Assembly (NCBI GenBank): GCA_964187785.1
Contig: OZ076409.1
Coordinates: 27,220,001-27,284,000 of the forward strand
DNA from: Amphiscolops sp. MND2022
Taxonomy: Eukaryota
DNA: 64,000 nucleotides
Direction of reading: 5' to 3'
In this document: positions 1 through 12,900 of the stretch, in pieces
Numbering within the stretch: the first letter of the stretch is position 1
How the letters are laid out: the number at the start of each line of letters is the position of its first letter
Program-made: the position numbers and the translations under genes
Notes under the pieces: model-generated
The model's input: only the letters and a program-made list of their open reading frames with translations
Databases searched by the model: none
What the model was told of the DNA's origin: nothing

Positions 1-75
1 TCTGGGACATAATTTTTTCAATATCATCAGACAGTCTTTCAAGTTACTCACTTCATTAGAATGTTTTTTTTTCAG

Positions 76-3000
76 ATAAATTCGCGTCTGAGTGATAGAA
101 GCATTCCAACGGCAGAGGCAGTGATGACGTCACGGGATACAAACAAAAGGGATACTGCGAGGTCACGTGACTCCCATGGTGACGTAATTGATGACGAGAA
201 AGCTTTCGGCGAGTTGGATGAACTGGATTGGGTCAACGATGCCACGATACTCACTCGGAAGCAAGGTTTGACTCAATTTGAGTGCTAGTTTCCGACATGA
301 TACTAATTATTTCGATGTATATCCGTTTTGAAATGCTTGATAAAAAAGTCTGATGAATAAAGTTAGAGGTGCACCGGGCGTAAAAACTTGCATCAAAAAG
401 ATGTCATTTGAGATCGTTTTCTCAAAATAGTTCAAGTCGTTTCCTTTCGAATGAAGCTTCTCATAAGTTGAATGAATCAATTGAACACTTTTACACAAAA
501 TTTTTGTGTCCAGTTCCTTCCATGTGACATTTTTGATTCATAACTTCACATTTTTGTCGTTTTTTTTTCATTTTTCATCTCAGAAATGCGATCATTTGCT
601 AAGATATTTGTACGGTCAGATTCCGTCAAAAGTCCAGCCGGACACCGTACCGGACTTTTTCTTGAAATCCGGCCGGATACCGGACCGGAATTGATGTTCA
701 GTACACCACTTCCTGAAGGAGTGACTTTACTATAATGACCTATGCTCCATGATGATCCTTGTCTAGCCGCATGATATCCCATAACAATAGTAACAATAGG
801 ACATGATCAGTTTACTATTTCATTGCTCAGGTGATCAGTTTGTGTCAATTTGCTTATAACGAAGTCTCCAATTAGGGCTCAAAAAGCAAAGTTTTTTGAA
901 TGAGTCAAGAGGCTGTTTTTATGTACAGTTTGAAACATTTAACAATGCCGAACCGTTTGTCATCTTTGTCAGGTACTCTTTAGTTCTTAGGCGAAAATTC
1001 TGTAAACAACGGACATTCAGATACATTCTGTCATATGACGAAAAAAACTAGTCACTTCAAAATTCGGGCTCATTTCGTATAAAAAGGATGAAAGAAAGAT
1101 GCAGTTTTGCTTTTTTCAGTCGGCGCCCTTTTTCGGGTTCTATCTCCCCATAGCAAGCTATGTCACCATTTTTTGCCGCAAATAGTCGAGCAATGGTCGC
1201 CTTGAAGCTGTGATTTTACTGTGACTTGCTCAAAGCCATAAAAGTCTGTTTAGCGTTGCAATGTAAACAAGATATAAGTCACATTAGAATCACAGCTTCA
1301 AGGCTTCAATAACCAATAAAAGGAAATTTTGAGGTAGCGGATAGTACGTTGCTAAAATATTTCTGAAAAGCGTTTCGGACCGAATTCAATTCCCGGAACA
1401 GGCTAGTATTCGATAACTCCAAAATAATCCTAATTTCAAAACGTTTGAATGTTTATATTTTTGGTCAAGATATGTTGGTCTCTTAACCTAGAAAAGGTCA
1501 GAAGTTCTTGCCAGAGTTGTTTACTAATTCTTTCTTGTACGTTTCGATGATTTTTTTCAGTTTCACCATGTCCATGCAGTTCATTTGATACATTATTTTG
1601 CTCCGATTTATGATGAAAGAAATGACAGCAATATTATATTACTGAAGATTTAGACAGTCATTTGAATACCAAATACAATTCCAAATATTTATTTTGTATT
1701 CTTCCCATTTCTAAAACAAGACGCCCGCAGACCAGCGGGATATTTTCCGCCCCAAATCTCTTCGAAAAAGACTACTGGACAACAAATTTGTTCCTTGTTG
1801 ACTCTTTTCAACATTCCAATCTACGAAGTCTGTCGAAAATTTGACAAAAATTGCATAAAAAAACTTTGAAAATTGGAAAATTTTGGGTTTTTTGTCATTT
1901 TCGGTTTCAATTTGATATATTTTTCATTTAGAAAACAGTCATTATCTCTTCGGAAAAGCATACTGGACAACGAATTCCTGCCATTCCTGTCACGTTAAGC
2001 GTTTTCAACATTCTAATCCACGAAGTCTATCGAAAATTTGACAAAATTTGACAAAAAAATTCCGCTGAATTTGGATATTGACGACCTGAGTACTTCTATT
2101 GCTGATAGTATTATCGAAAGTGTGAACAAATTTGCCCCCGAGAAGTGTCATCATCCAATCAATAATTCTGATACTTGGATTACAAATAGCGTTAAAAATG
2201 CAATCAATAAGCGAGACAAATTGTTCCAAAAATGGGTGTCAAATCCAAGCGATGAAAATCATCGTTTATACAAAACGCAACGCAATAATGTTACAGCGAT
2301 TATTCGTAAGGCTAAAAGAGATGACAATTTTAAAAAACTTGGGAGCAATCCAACTGCTAAATCAATATACAGAACATTGAAAACGCATAAAAATGAAGTC
2401 CTCGGACTCCAGGATTACCCAGAACTGAATAGATTGAATAAACATTTCGCTACTATAGGATCGCGTCTGTCATCCAAGTTACCTATAGAAAACTTAACAT
2501 TGAACATGCCAGCTAACGAAAACTCTATGGTCATTTTTCCCACGGACGAACTAGAAATCGGGAAAATTATCTCAAATTTAAAAAACAAGAAAAGTCACGG
2601 ACATGACGGTATTAGTAATGAAATCCTAAAATGCTGTTCATCAATAGTTGAACCATATTTAGCGAATGCTTTCAACAGAGCCATTGAGGAGTCTAAATTT
2701 CCAAGTGCGTTTAAGATTGCAAAAATTATTCCGCTATTTAAAAAAGGTGATAGAGCTAAATTGGAAAATTACCGCCCGATTAGTTTATTAAGTTCCCTAA
2801 GCAAAGTTTTTGAAAAACTTTTGTATCAACGAATGATTAATTTCTGCGAAAAAAATCAATTGTTCACATCTGCACAGTTTGGTTTTCGATCAAAAAAATC
2901 TTGTGCTGACGCAATAATGTTAGTCACTGAGTACATGAGGGATGAGATTGATAAAAAATCTAGCGGTCAGGCTTGTTTTATAGATCTACAGAAAGCGTTT

Positions 3001-5316
3001 GATACACTTGATCATGATATCTTACTGATGAAATTGTATGAATATGGTTTTAGAGGTGAAGTCAATATCCTTTTGAGAAGCTATTTAAGTGACCGGGTTC
3101 AATACATAAGTATATCAGGTAAAACTACCAGCTGTCAAAAAATTGAAACTGGCGTACCTCAAGGGTCAATTCTAGGGCCATTATTGTTTTTACTTTACAT
3201 CAACGATATAGCGAAATGCGATATCAACTGCAAGATAGCACTATTTGCAGACGACACCAGTATTTTGAAAACAAATCGGAAAAACGATACGGGTATTCAA
3301 CAAGATGTAAACGAGTTAATTAATTGGTACACAGCGAATAAGCTCTCTGTCAATCTAGACAAATGTGAAATTTTGCCTTTCGGTTCAGGACAACCAGATG
3401 AGATCAAAATGATGAATAATACCATACCGTACAAAAAGTCGTGCAAATATTTAGGCATTCATTTGGATAGTTCGTTAAGATTTAATCATCATATTGAATA
3501 TGTAGTGAAGAAGTTAAACAAATTTTGTGGTCTGATCTATAGAATTCGACATTTTTACGACATAAAATGCCTTTTAATGTTCTACAACTCGTTTGCAAAA
3601 ACTGTTATCTGTTATGGTCTATTGATTTACGGCGCAGCTGCTAAAAGCAATTTGAGAAAAATAGAAATGGCTCAGCGACGTATACTTAGAGCTATTTTTT
3701 TCAAACGAAAGTACGATTCTTTGGTAAATGTTCTGCAGAAAAATAACATTCTCTCTGTCTTTGAACTCTATTTAGTTGAACTAATCAAAGAATTGTTTAG
3801 ACAGTTTCAAAATAAATCCCCAACAAGTTTTCTGCCCCAACTTGAAACTAATGTTAGTAGAAGCATAACCACAAGGTATCAGAAGAATCATTCCTTACCA
3901 CTGGTTAGAGGACGTACGTTAATAAAAAGAAAATGCCTTCAAAATGCACTTTGCAAAAGTTACAATTGGTTAGGTCAATTCAATCTTTTACCATGTGACA
4001 TGCATTTGATGACCAAATCACAAATACACACGTATATAAAAAAACTAGAAAGACTCTATATCGTTGACAATTATCAACTTTTTAAACTTTTCTTCTAAGT
4101 ATCTCCGTGTTCCACGCATCGATGTCTTATAAAAGTATGCCTTTTAGTTGATTCTCCGGGGTGAGAACTCGAAGAGCTACTAAGCTCATTTCTCATCCTA
4201 TTGGATATTATATATAAATAAAGTGATTCATTACTGATATGTTTTGCTTTTAATATCCAATGAAATTAAACTTTCAACTTTCAACTTTCAAAAATTGCAT
4301 AAAAACGTTAAAAATCGAAAAATTTTGGAATTTTTTAATCATTTTTTTTGGTAATTTTTCTTTTAAAAAACCGCATTTATCTCTTCAGAATACTATTGGA
4401 CAACGAATTCGTGCCTTGTTGAACGTTTTCAACATTCTAATCCACGATGTTTATCGAAAAAATGACAAAAATTGCATTAAAACGTTAAAAGTCGAAAAAT
4501 TTTGGAATTTTTGTCATTTTTTTGGTAATTTTTCTTTTAAAAAACCGCATTTATCTCTTCAGAATACTATTGGACAACGAATTCGTGCCTTGTTGAACGT
4601 TTTCAACATTCTAATCGACGATGTTTATCGAAGAAATGGCAAAAAATGCATGAAAACGTTGAAAATTGAAAGTTTTGAATTTTTGTCATTTTCGGGGTCA
4701 TTTTTGGGTCATTATGGGGTCATTTCCGTCATTCCCAAAAAAGTCCAAAAATCTTTACAAATACATATCGCATGGAACTAAATTTATGTCAGTTGAATTC
4801 TGTGAATGTACTTCTTCATATTACGTAAACATAAAGTTAAACATAAATTTGGTGCTTGGCAAATTTTGTAAAAAAAAAACCCGTTTGATTTAAATATTTT
4901 CCTTTCCCATATGAAATATGGGCGGAAAATAACAAGTTGTACTTGCCGAAAACTACAGATGCTGTCAGCCTGACTACTCAGTGTTACTCTTTTCATTTTG
5001 CATTTCTCTGCCGAATGCGCTTTTTTAGTCATGGCCTTACCAGTGAGCCAAAAATTACCAAATTCACTGACCAAAAACTGCTGCTCCAGTTCCGTCATCG
5101 GCTTTTTTCCAGGAAATCATTTCCCACTAACTCTTTTTGGAACGATTATCAAAATCAATTGATATTCGCGTTTCAGTGCCCCCAGTGAAGAAACGAGTGA
5201 ACCGATCGTACCCCGTGCAAAGACTTTCCTGGACAATGCCGAACGAGGCCCCTGTCAAGATGAAAGAACTCGGAATCTTCAAGGCAGTTCCACGGGAGAA
5301 CGCTCCCAAGAACTAG
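76..5316 (+). CDS. Probable last two coding exons (76-265, 5177-5316) of an unidentified host gene that begins upstream of the window
   Basis: Acceptor ttttttttcag|ATA at 76 opens the frame INSRLSDR...TRKQ. Donor CAAG|gtttga at 265 (phase 1) is in phase with acceptor tttcag|TG at 5177, giving VPPVKKRVNRSYP...APKN*. Alternatively the first exon reads through to the stop at 288 (AATAAA near 356). Confidence 0.45.
1199..1304. repeat. Short hairpin/inverted repeat with ~29-bp arms, possible MITE remnant
   Basis: gccttgaagctgtgattttactgtgactt (1199-) pairs with aagtcacattagaatcacagcttcaaggc (-1304), 2 mismatches. Confidence 0.6.
2038..4098 (+). CDS. LINE ORF2 reverse transcriptase, C-terminal ~680 aa (endonuclease lost by truncation)
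   Basis: Uninterrupted ORF with NYRPISLL, QFGFR, FIDLQKAFDT, GVPQGSILGPLLFLLYIND, LFADDT and KYLG motifs. The first codons derive from the flanking repeat. Confidence 0.93.
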   Translation: MTKFDKKIPLNLDIDDLSTSIADSIIESVNKFAPEKCHHPINNSDTWITNSVKNAINKRDKLFQKWVSNPSDENHRLYKTQRNNVTAIIRKAKRDDNFKKLGSNPTAKSIYRTLKTHKNEVLGLQDYPELNRLNKHFATIGSRLSSKLPIENLTLNMPANENSMVIFPTDELEIGKIISNLKNKKSHGHDGISNEILKCCSSIVEPYLANAFNRAIEESKFPSAFKIAKIIPLFKKGDRAKLENYRPISLLSSLSKVFEKLLYQRMINFCEKNQLFTSAQFGFRSKKSCADAIMLVTEYMRDEIDKKSSGQACFIDLQKAFDTLDHDILLMKLYEYGFRGEVNILLRSYLSDRVQYISISGKTTSCQKIETGVPQGSILGPLLFLLYINDIAKCDINCKIALFADDTSILKTNRKNDTGIQQDVNELINWYTANKLSVNLDKCEILPFGSGQPDEIKMMNNTIPYKKSCKYLGIHLDSSLRFNHHIEYVVKKLNKFCGLIYRIRHFYDIKCLLMFYNSFAKTVICYGLLIYGAAAKSNLRKIEMAQRRILRAIFFKRKYDSLVNVLQKNNILSVFELYLVELIKELFRQFQNKSPTSFLPQLETNVSRSITTRYQKNHSLPLVRGRTLIKRKCLQNALCKSYNWLGQFNLLPCDMHLMTKSQIHTYIKKLERLYIVDNYQLFKLFF
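2055..4291 (+). mobile_element. 5'-truncated non-LTR retrotransposon (CR1/L2/Crack group LINE)
   Basis: RT ORF, ~170-bp 3' UTR with AATAAA and a (CTTTCAA)3 tail at 4271-4291. The host repeat sequence gaaaatttgac|aaaaattgcat resumes after the tail. Confidence 0.9.
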
Positions 5317-6945
5317 CATCCATACTAGTTTGGTGACAGCTAGATTAGAACACTCGACATGTTCGATAGACTCCAAGTCTTACTAAAGTTCTGAGCAACC
5401 AGGAAAGGTCTTTCCCAGTAATGCAATTGAATTTGAAATTGAAAAAATAGTTTAGCTATTGAAAGGCAATTGAAATATATTTTACAACTTGTTTAAGACT
5501 TGAGTCTGGTCACCATTCCAAAGCAATTTGAGAAGCACATATTTACCAGGCGTTCGTAAATATCGCAGCCAATTTCCTTAAAATCTCTTTCCAAAATGTG
5601 AAAAACAGAAGAAGAGAAAACGACGTGATATCAAAATGAAAGACATCGAAAACGACCATTGAAACTTACGCTAACCTGATTGGTGCGAAGTTTTGGCTAT
5701 ATTGAGCAAGTCACTCTGAAACCACAGCTTCAAGTCCACCATTGCTTGACCACTTGGCTGCAAATATGGTACCATAGCTTGCTATGGGGAGATAGTATCC
5801 GAAAGGGCGCCGACTTAGAAAAGCAGAACTGCTTATTCGGCGTCCACCCCGCGAAATTGGGGAAATAAACTTTCTTCACTGGTCTGGAGGTTGGTTGGAA
5901 TGCGCCATATCATACTGCTTTTATTTTTCTAGGGCGAAACGAAGCATGACTTGCAGGATTAGTGAATGTTTACACTGTCACTGCAAATGTTTCAAGTTTA
6001 CGGAAACAAAATTGAAAAAACAAAAACGGAAACAAGACGACTGCTGACCATCGAAATATCCCCTAAACAGTTCTAGCAAGGACATAATTTTACGGCTCGA
6101 GAGTAGTGAATGCACTCTAAGATTGCAAAAAAGATAAGATTATTTAAGAACACGATAAATACCCATTTGGTTTGTTGTTGAACTCTGTAGATACCAGTAC
6201 CCACTTGAACATTCGAAAACAATCAATATTCAAGAACAAAAAGTTCAGGTCACGAATTGCCCGGGGTCCGGGATTGGCCCAATTTCAGATTTCCAAATCG
6301 TTACGTTTCCATATACTATCTTCCCGAAGAAAGCTGCAGTGCCAAGTGATAACGGGCTAGAAACTGTGGTTTCCAAGTGGTTCACTAAATGTTACAAAAG
6401 TCTCATTGGACGTTGTTGTTTTTTCAGTTTTATTTCTCCGCCAATTGTCTTTTTTCCAGACCATTCTCGGCAAGATATTAAGAGCTTGCTCGAAACACAC
6501 CTATGTTGAGAGAATTGAACCTTAAAACGCACTAACGCAAGCCTAACGCTTCAACTGTAAGAAACATCATTTTCTCGAAAGCAAAAGTAGACTCTGTAGC
6601 TTATACATTCTGCTTTTCAACTATTTGGATTTTCACACTCCGGGAAACATCCCGCTGGAAATCCTTGAAAAATCATAAAGAAACTGTCGAAGAGCGAAGT
6701 TTCAACTTCTGGTTGTTCAGGCAATTTTGACCGAAAACTTGAAAATTCTCAACACGAAAACGCAATGAGTAGTTATGAAATGCAACAAAAAAAATAGATT
6801 CTGAATAGCTTTGGAAAAATCCAGACCTTGTGCAAAAAAGTTTCGCAACACAGGTATTTTTTTCTGGCCATAGTTTCGTTTTTAAACTCTGTGGATGATC
6901 ATACATAGGAAAACAATTTGAGATGTCACAAAAGGCACAAACTGC

Positions 6946-9900
6946 TGTTGTGAATCAACATTTTGATTGAATGAATTTCTTTGATTGTGATTCATACGTG
7001 AAATCTTTTGAATATATTTCAGTTTTTTTTTCGAATTGCTCATTGCAAGTTCCGCTTAGTGAAATTATTCGAAATTTAGTCTTTGCGTCTTTGCAAGATG
7101 TAGAAACGAAATTCAAGAAAAGAGAAAGAGGAAACCATTTCCTCAGGTAAATATATTTCGAAACTGTCCCCTCTGTGTTACCCCTCCTCTTTTCTCAGTA
7201 CTCTTATATAAGATATATACTTTATACAATATTAGGTAATTTACAGGCCTCAACCTTTTTCTAATTTCAGTCAGTGTTTCCGGGCATTTCCTGACCAATC
7301 ATTTTATGGCCACTGTCCCCACGACTGCTATGATGAATTCATCCATTATGCGAGGTCAGTAAAATATTTTTGGCGCCCAACTTGAAAAGTCGATCGCATT
7401 ATTCGTGTCTGATACCACGTTGGTTTTAATTCGTTTCGTCTCTGGGATTCTTCTTTCCACTTGTTCCAATGTTTGTTACGTCTCTTGTTCATACGTCGTA
7501 TATGTTTCATTTGAACTAATTGAACAACTTAGAGGAGTATAAACTTCTGTTTCACCTACTTTTTCATTCGTTTCGTTGTTTCGCAATTGTGACGTTATTA
7601 TCATCTTTTACGTCTTTCATTATGTTTATCATCGGAGACAGCTGTCTTTATAATATCCTAAAGTCGAAGTCCATCCCTCATTCCTTTCGTCATTCACTCT
7701 CCAAAAGATCCTCTGCACTACGAGGACTCAGTTTAAATCCTTCTTCGAATTATCGTTTCAACGTTGTGCAGAATCTTCTTCGTCGTGACTCACTAGCAAG
7801 CAAACAAAACAGTCATTTGACACGACGTCATTAGTAACAGTATTTCGAAGCACAGAGCAATAGTTACACTTCCCTGTCACCTGAAGGGTTAATTCAACTG
7901 ATTTTTGAATTCCGAAATTGCATCCGCGCAATTGTTTACATTCAACGGAGCGGAAGTCCAAACATCCTGAAAAATTTTTTCCTTTGGAATTATCATTTTA
8001 CACGCTAAACATAAATTGTGGTCTCACAAAAACCTAGGACTCCTTCTGTCATTCGTTCGTTGAGTAGTGTTAACCCTTCGCTTACCTTGGATTCCCATCT
8101 ACTCTGCATTGTAGTCAACCATCAACAAAACCTTGTTTCACTCCTGAAGAAACAGCGCAAAAACAAGCGAACCAGGCTGTCCTCCCGGGCCATCATTAAC
8201 ATCTGTTGTTGAGGACTTTTTGATCCTTGTGACTTTCAAAGTGCGTTAACTCGCACGGGTCGATCAGGGTCAGATTAGTTGTTTGTAACATCTTTTCGGA
8301 AAATTTTTTTTTGTTCCCATCCAAACTTTTCAACTTTTTCACAAGGCCTCCTAATACATATAAATTACGCAATCGTGCGCCCTCTAACGGTGACGATGCT
8401 CATGTTGACGTCTCGGCCGACACTCAAACTGTCGTCTCTGAGCCTTCTGAAATGAACACTATCCATATTCTCATTTTGTTACAGCAGGAGGAAGTTGTAA
8501 GAGTGTTATCTTTTGGCAATGATTTGCTAACTAACGACACTGATTTTGATGATATCAGTTCCGTTACGTCGAATTTAACAGTTGCTGAAGCTGAGCTACT
8601 TCGTTTGACAAATTCTTTAGCAATTCACATCTCAACCACTGGTTTTGCACCTCAAGTCAACAAATTGACATCTATCAAGCTTCGACATTCGTCGCTTCAA
8701 GGTATCAGAGGCTAGAAGCAAAAGGTCCTCTTGTGGTAGTAACTCTAACGATCCTTTGACACCGGCTGCTGCAGCTTCTGACGTTTCACCCAATTTTTCT
8801 TCTTCATCGTCTTTGCATCATTCCCACGGAGACAACTCTACTGCTGTACCCCCGTTACCCAATGCCGTTTCAATTTCACCAACCGCTTTTGTGCCCAATA
8901 TGCCTTTGTCAATCAATCTTCAAACTAATCCTTTCAGTTTTACGCAATCGCTCGACCCATCTGCGCATGTTAGCGCTTTTGATCCAGCGTCTACCAGCAC
9001 GACCGACGCCCTTCATAAAAATACGGATACTGTGCAGCCACAACGTCGACTAACCTCGTCGAAAATTCAGCCACCTGGTGTCCAGGGTGTTCTCTTGGCT
9101 TGCTTAGATTGTTTTGGTCCCTTTTCCGCTACCATCGACAGCGCTGCATTTTCGTAAACGGAAAAGACCATTCCCTTACAAACTCCTGTCTCTGGAGAAC
9201 CAAAAGCATTAATCCAGTCCATGGTTGTAACACCGCGATGTACCAGTATGCACTATCCAGATTGAAGTCAACATACGGCAAACCTGATCGAATTGTGATG
9301 TCATTTCTTCAGCGTCTCCAAACATTCAGGCAACCATCAGCTGATGATCCGAGCTTCATCACGAACTATGCAAATTTCATCTCTTCGCTTGTCGGTACCT
9401 TCACATAATTGAATTTTCTCCATGACATTCACTCCACTGTCAATCTTACAAGTGCACTTTCGAAATTGGCGACCGATGTTAGGCTGAATTGGAATCGCCA
9501 CGTGCTTTCGGAAAACATCAAAGGCCCCGTCGCTCAGAAATTTTGCTCCTTGGCTTCGATACTCCGCTACAGCTTGTTGTGACAGCTTTTTTCCTTTTTT
9601 TTTGACACTAATTAAAACGGGCGCTCCTCCTCATCAACAAATGCGCGAACTCAAGGCCACAATTCCAAAACGCCGTTCGTCAAATCGTCTTCTTCTCAAT
9701 CTAGTTTATGTCCGGAGAAGAAAGGTTGTGTCTACTTGAGGACCTGCGAGCATTTCAAAGCATTTTCTCCATTAAACCGCAAAAACAACGCAAAGAAGTT
9801 CCATTTGTTCTTCAGCAGTCTAAAGGGTCATACTTCGATAATTGCAAGTCGACAAAAACTCGAAGGCTGTCTGGATGTATGAAAAGGCACCACACCTTGC

Positions 9901-12900
9901 TTCATATTGACAGACAAGGTCGCAATCAAATTCAATCTTCAACATTGTCCACTTCGCTGCTGATAATCCCGATATCCGTCTACTTGTGCCTGCTACTGTT
10001 TCATCGAGTGGTAAAACTGCAGACGTCTTTGCTCTACTAGACACTGGCTGCTCAGTGTCATTGATCACTAGGAGGATTGCCTAAGATCAACTAGCTCTTT
10101 CTATTTTGAAGAAAAATACTCAACTTTTGGATTAGCACTATGAAATCGGCTTCCTTTGGAAGAACCATGTCTCTTTGCCTATTATTAAATGGGTAACCAA
10201 AAAACAGCTGTCTTCACTTGAAATCAAGTTGGCACGAGAACCTCAACTAGATTCTCTTTGCGAAGCGTCTATTGCGACTGACATCGAAAAAGGCACGTGT
10301 CTGTTTTACCCGCCTCAGAAGCGAATCGAAAAGACGCTTGGGATCTTCCACAGCACCCTGTTACCAATGTAAAAAAAACCTGGTAAAAGTGGAAGAGTAA
10401 CCAATGCATCATTAGTTTATCAAAGTACTTCCCTGAGCTGTAGTCTTCTGAAAAGACCAGACTTATTGTGTAACCTTACTGGTTTGATTTTCCGCTTTCG
10501 TATTGCCTTATCTGCGGACATTGAAGCAATGTTCATGCAAGTTTCTGTACCCCCTTCAGATAGACGCTTCTTACGATATTCATGGCGTAACAAAATTCAT
10601 GAGTACAAGCTCCACATTTTTGGAGCAACAAATTCACCGTGTGCTGCTGGCTACGCTGTTCGACAGTACGCTAAGGACAACAAAACTGTCTATTCTGTCG
10701 CTCCAGATTTAGTGACTCGACACATCTATATGGATGACCTCTATGTGTCCACTGATACCCTTGAACAAGCAAAGAATTTGCGCCGAGACCTCCAAGCAGT
10801 TTTAGCAACCGGTAGTTTCAATCTAACGTAATGGACGTCCAACAATCTTGAGTTCAATCAGTCCACTCCTGAATCCGACAGGCCGAATTCAGCACCTGTT
10901 GAAACAAACACTAGCCGTTGACAAAATCTTAGGTTTAAAATGGAATCCAAATGACATTTAGTATCTTTTGCAACCTACGAATTTTCAAAACACTCCAAAA
11001 AAGCTACCACAAAAAAAGCTTTTGAAGTACTTTTCGTCATTTTTTGACCCTCCTTGTACGTTTTCGCCTATTCAAATTCGCTTTCGCACCTCTCTTCAGC
11101 TAATTTGGAAGGGCAATAAGCACTGGGATCGTTCATTTTCCCTTGCAGACTACCTTGACTTGAACGATTTTTCCGAAGAAGTAGCGGATCATTCAACAAT
11201 TCACAACAAGCGATATTAATAATGAGCCTTCCAAAGAAACCAGCACGTAAAGAATTACAAATTTTTAGCGATGCTTTTGAAAATGCGATAGCCAATGTTG
11301 TATTTCTTCGTACAATGTTCTCCGACAACTCCGTGAGTCTGAATTCCATTCTCGGAAAAGCTCGAGGGGCACCGATCAAAAGAATGACGACACCCAACCT
11401 CGAACTGTTAGCAAATAGCTCAATTCATCAAAGAAGAGGAGTTTTTTGTCTTCCGATTCAACCGTATATTGGGTTGACAGCACTACTGTTCTCTCTTGTA
11501 TCAATTCATCGGAGAGCCGGCACAAACATTTCATAGGCAACCGTTTATCCATCATTCTCTCAGCTTTGACTGTGTACCAGTGGTGTTACGTTCTCACAGC
11601 TTCGAACACGGCTAATGATGGTGCTAGAGGAACACCGGTTTCAAAATTTACATCCGAATAACGGTGACACAAAGGAAATGATTTTCTTCTGAATAATCCA
11701 AAGACTTGGCTGGAAAGACCTAACATTGCTCTCGAATGTCCAATCACTTGCTTTCCTTTTACCCCGATTGATTCAATCGTCTCGTTCCAAAACTTTAGTC
11801 AATGAACTCGTATCAAAACTGTTGCTTCCTGTTTTCTCTTGCTGGACAAACACCGTCGCAATAAACTATCGACTGGGGGTTACTCGTCTTATGAAAGCGA
11901 TCGGATAGATCTTATTGAAGACTCAAAGAACTTCGTTTCCAGAAGAAATCTACGCCTTGACAAGACGAAAACCTCCTTCGCTTAACTCACGAAAATCATC
12001 ACCCTCTCCATTTCTCGATCGGCAAGGTCTTCTTTGCTCTCACCGCAGGATTTCCGAAGCTAAGTATCTCCTTGCCGCACGTTACCCAATCTATCTTGAT
12101 TCGAATCATCCGGCAGTAAAACTTTTTCTCCCCCTTACAAAAGCAATTCCCATGCTAGCATTGAACAGTCTCATAGCATTGTTCAACAGCAGTTTTGGGT
12201 GGTTCTGCGTTGTCGGTCTGCCCTCAAGACCATCATACATCATCGTCTTCTTTGCAGAAGGATAACCCAGCACGTCGACTATCCGATCATTGCTCATCTA
12301 CCTGATTGTCGCTTACCTTCTGCGAACCATTTACCATTTGTCACAACAGGACTCGATTTCGTTGGCCGTTTCCCATCAAAGACAATGGTAAATTTCGGAG
12401 ACGATATTGCCTGCTCTTTAGTTGCTTTGTCATAAGGGCTAATAACATCGAAATTCTCATGGCAATAGGGGGTTTCATTTCTTTGCGTGGAAATCCACAA
12501 CAAATCTACTCCGACAACGCTACAACTTCCGTCAAAGCTAGTAAAGACATGAAAAATGGTATTGAGAAACTTCGAACGGACAATGCCTTTTGCGACGCCT
12601 TGGTACTACCTCATTTGGATTGGCGATTTATCCCTCCATCATCGCCTCATTTTGGTGGATCCTGGAAGAGTTTGGTAAAAGTGTTCAAGAACGCCTTTTA
12701 TCGTGTAATTGGTTCTCGAACTTTGACTCATGACACCCTCTCGACATTTGTGTGCGATGACGCTGGGGGTATGATGAATGGTCGACACTAACTCAAGTAT
12801 CCAGCCATTCTCGAGATGTAGAACCCATCACACGTAACAACTTTCTGCTAGGCCGCCCATCACGAAATTTTCCACCCGGCATCATCTTGGTTAGTCAGTT

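Larger units (their letters stand above)
1700..4730 (+). repeat. ~180-bp tandem/dispersed repeat family (1700-2055 and 4290-4730), interrupted by a LINE; more copies at ~19720-20215
   Basis: Recurring unit ...tatctcttc..ctattggacaacgaattc..gttttcaacattctaatccacga..cgaaaa.ttgacaaaaattgcataaaa; ORF 4260-4781 shows the duplicated translation. Confidence 0.75.

Noticed and set aside
4260..4781. 173-aa ORF with an internal repeat; also ORFs at 50502-51122 and 56501-57025
   Set aside because: Translations of tandem DNA repeats with no coding evidence.
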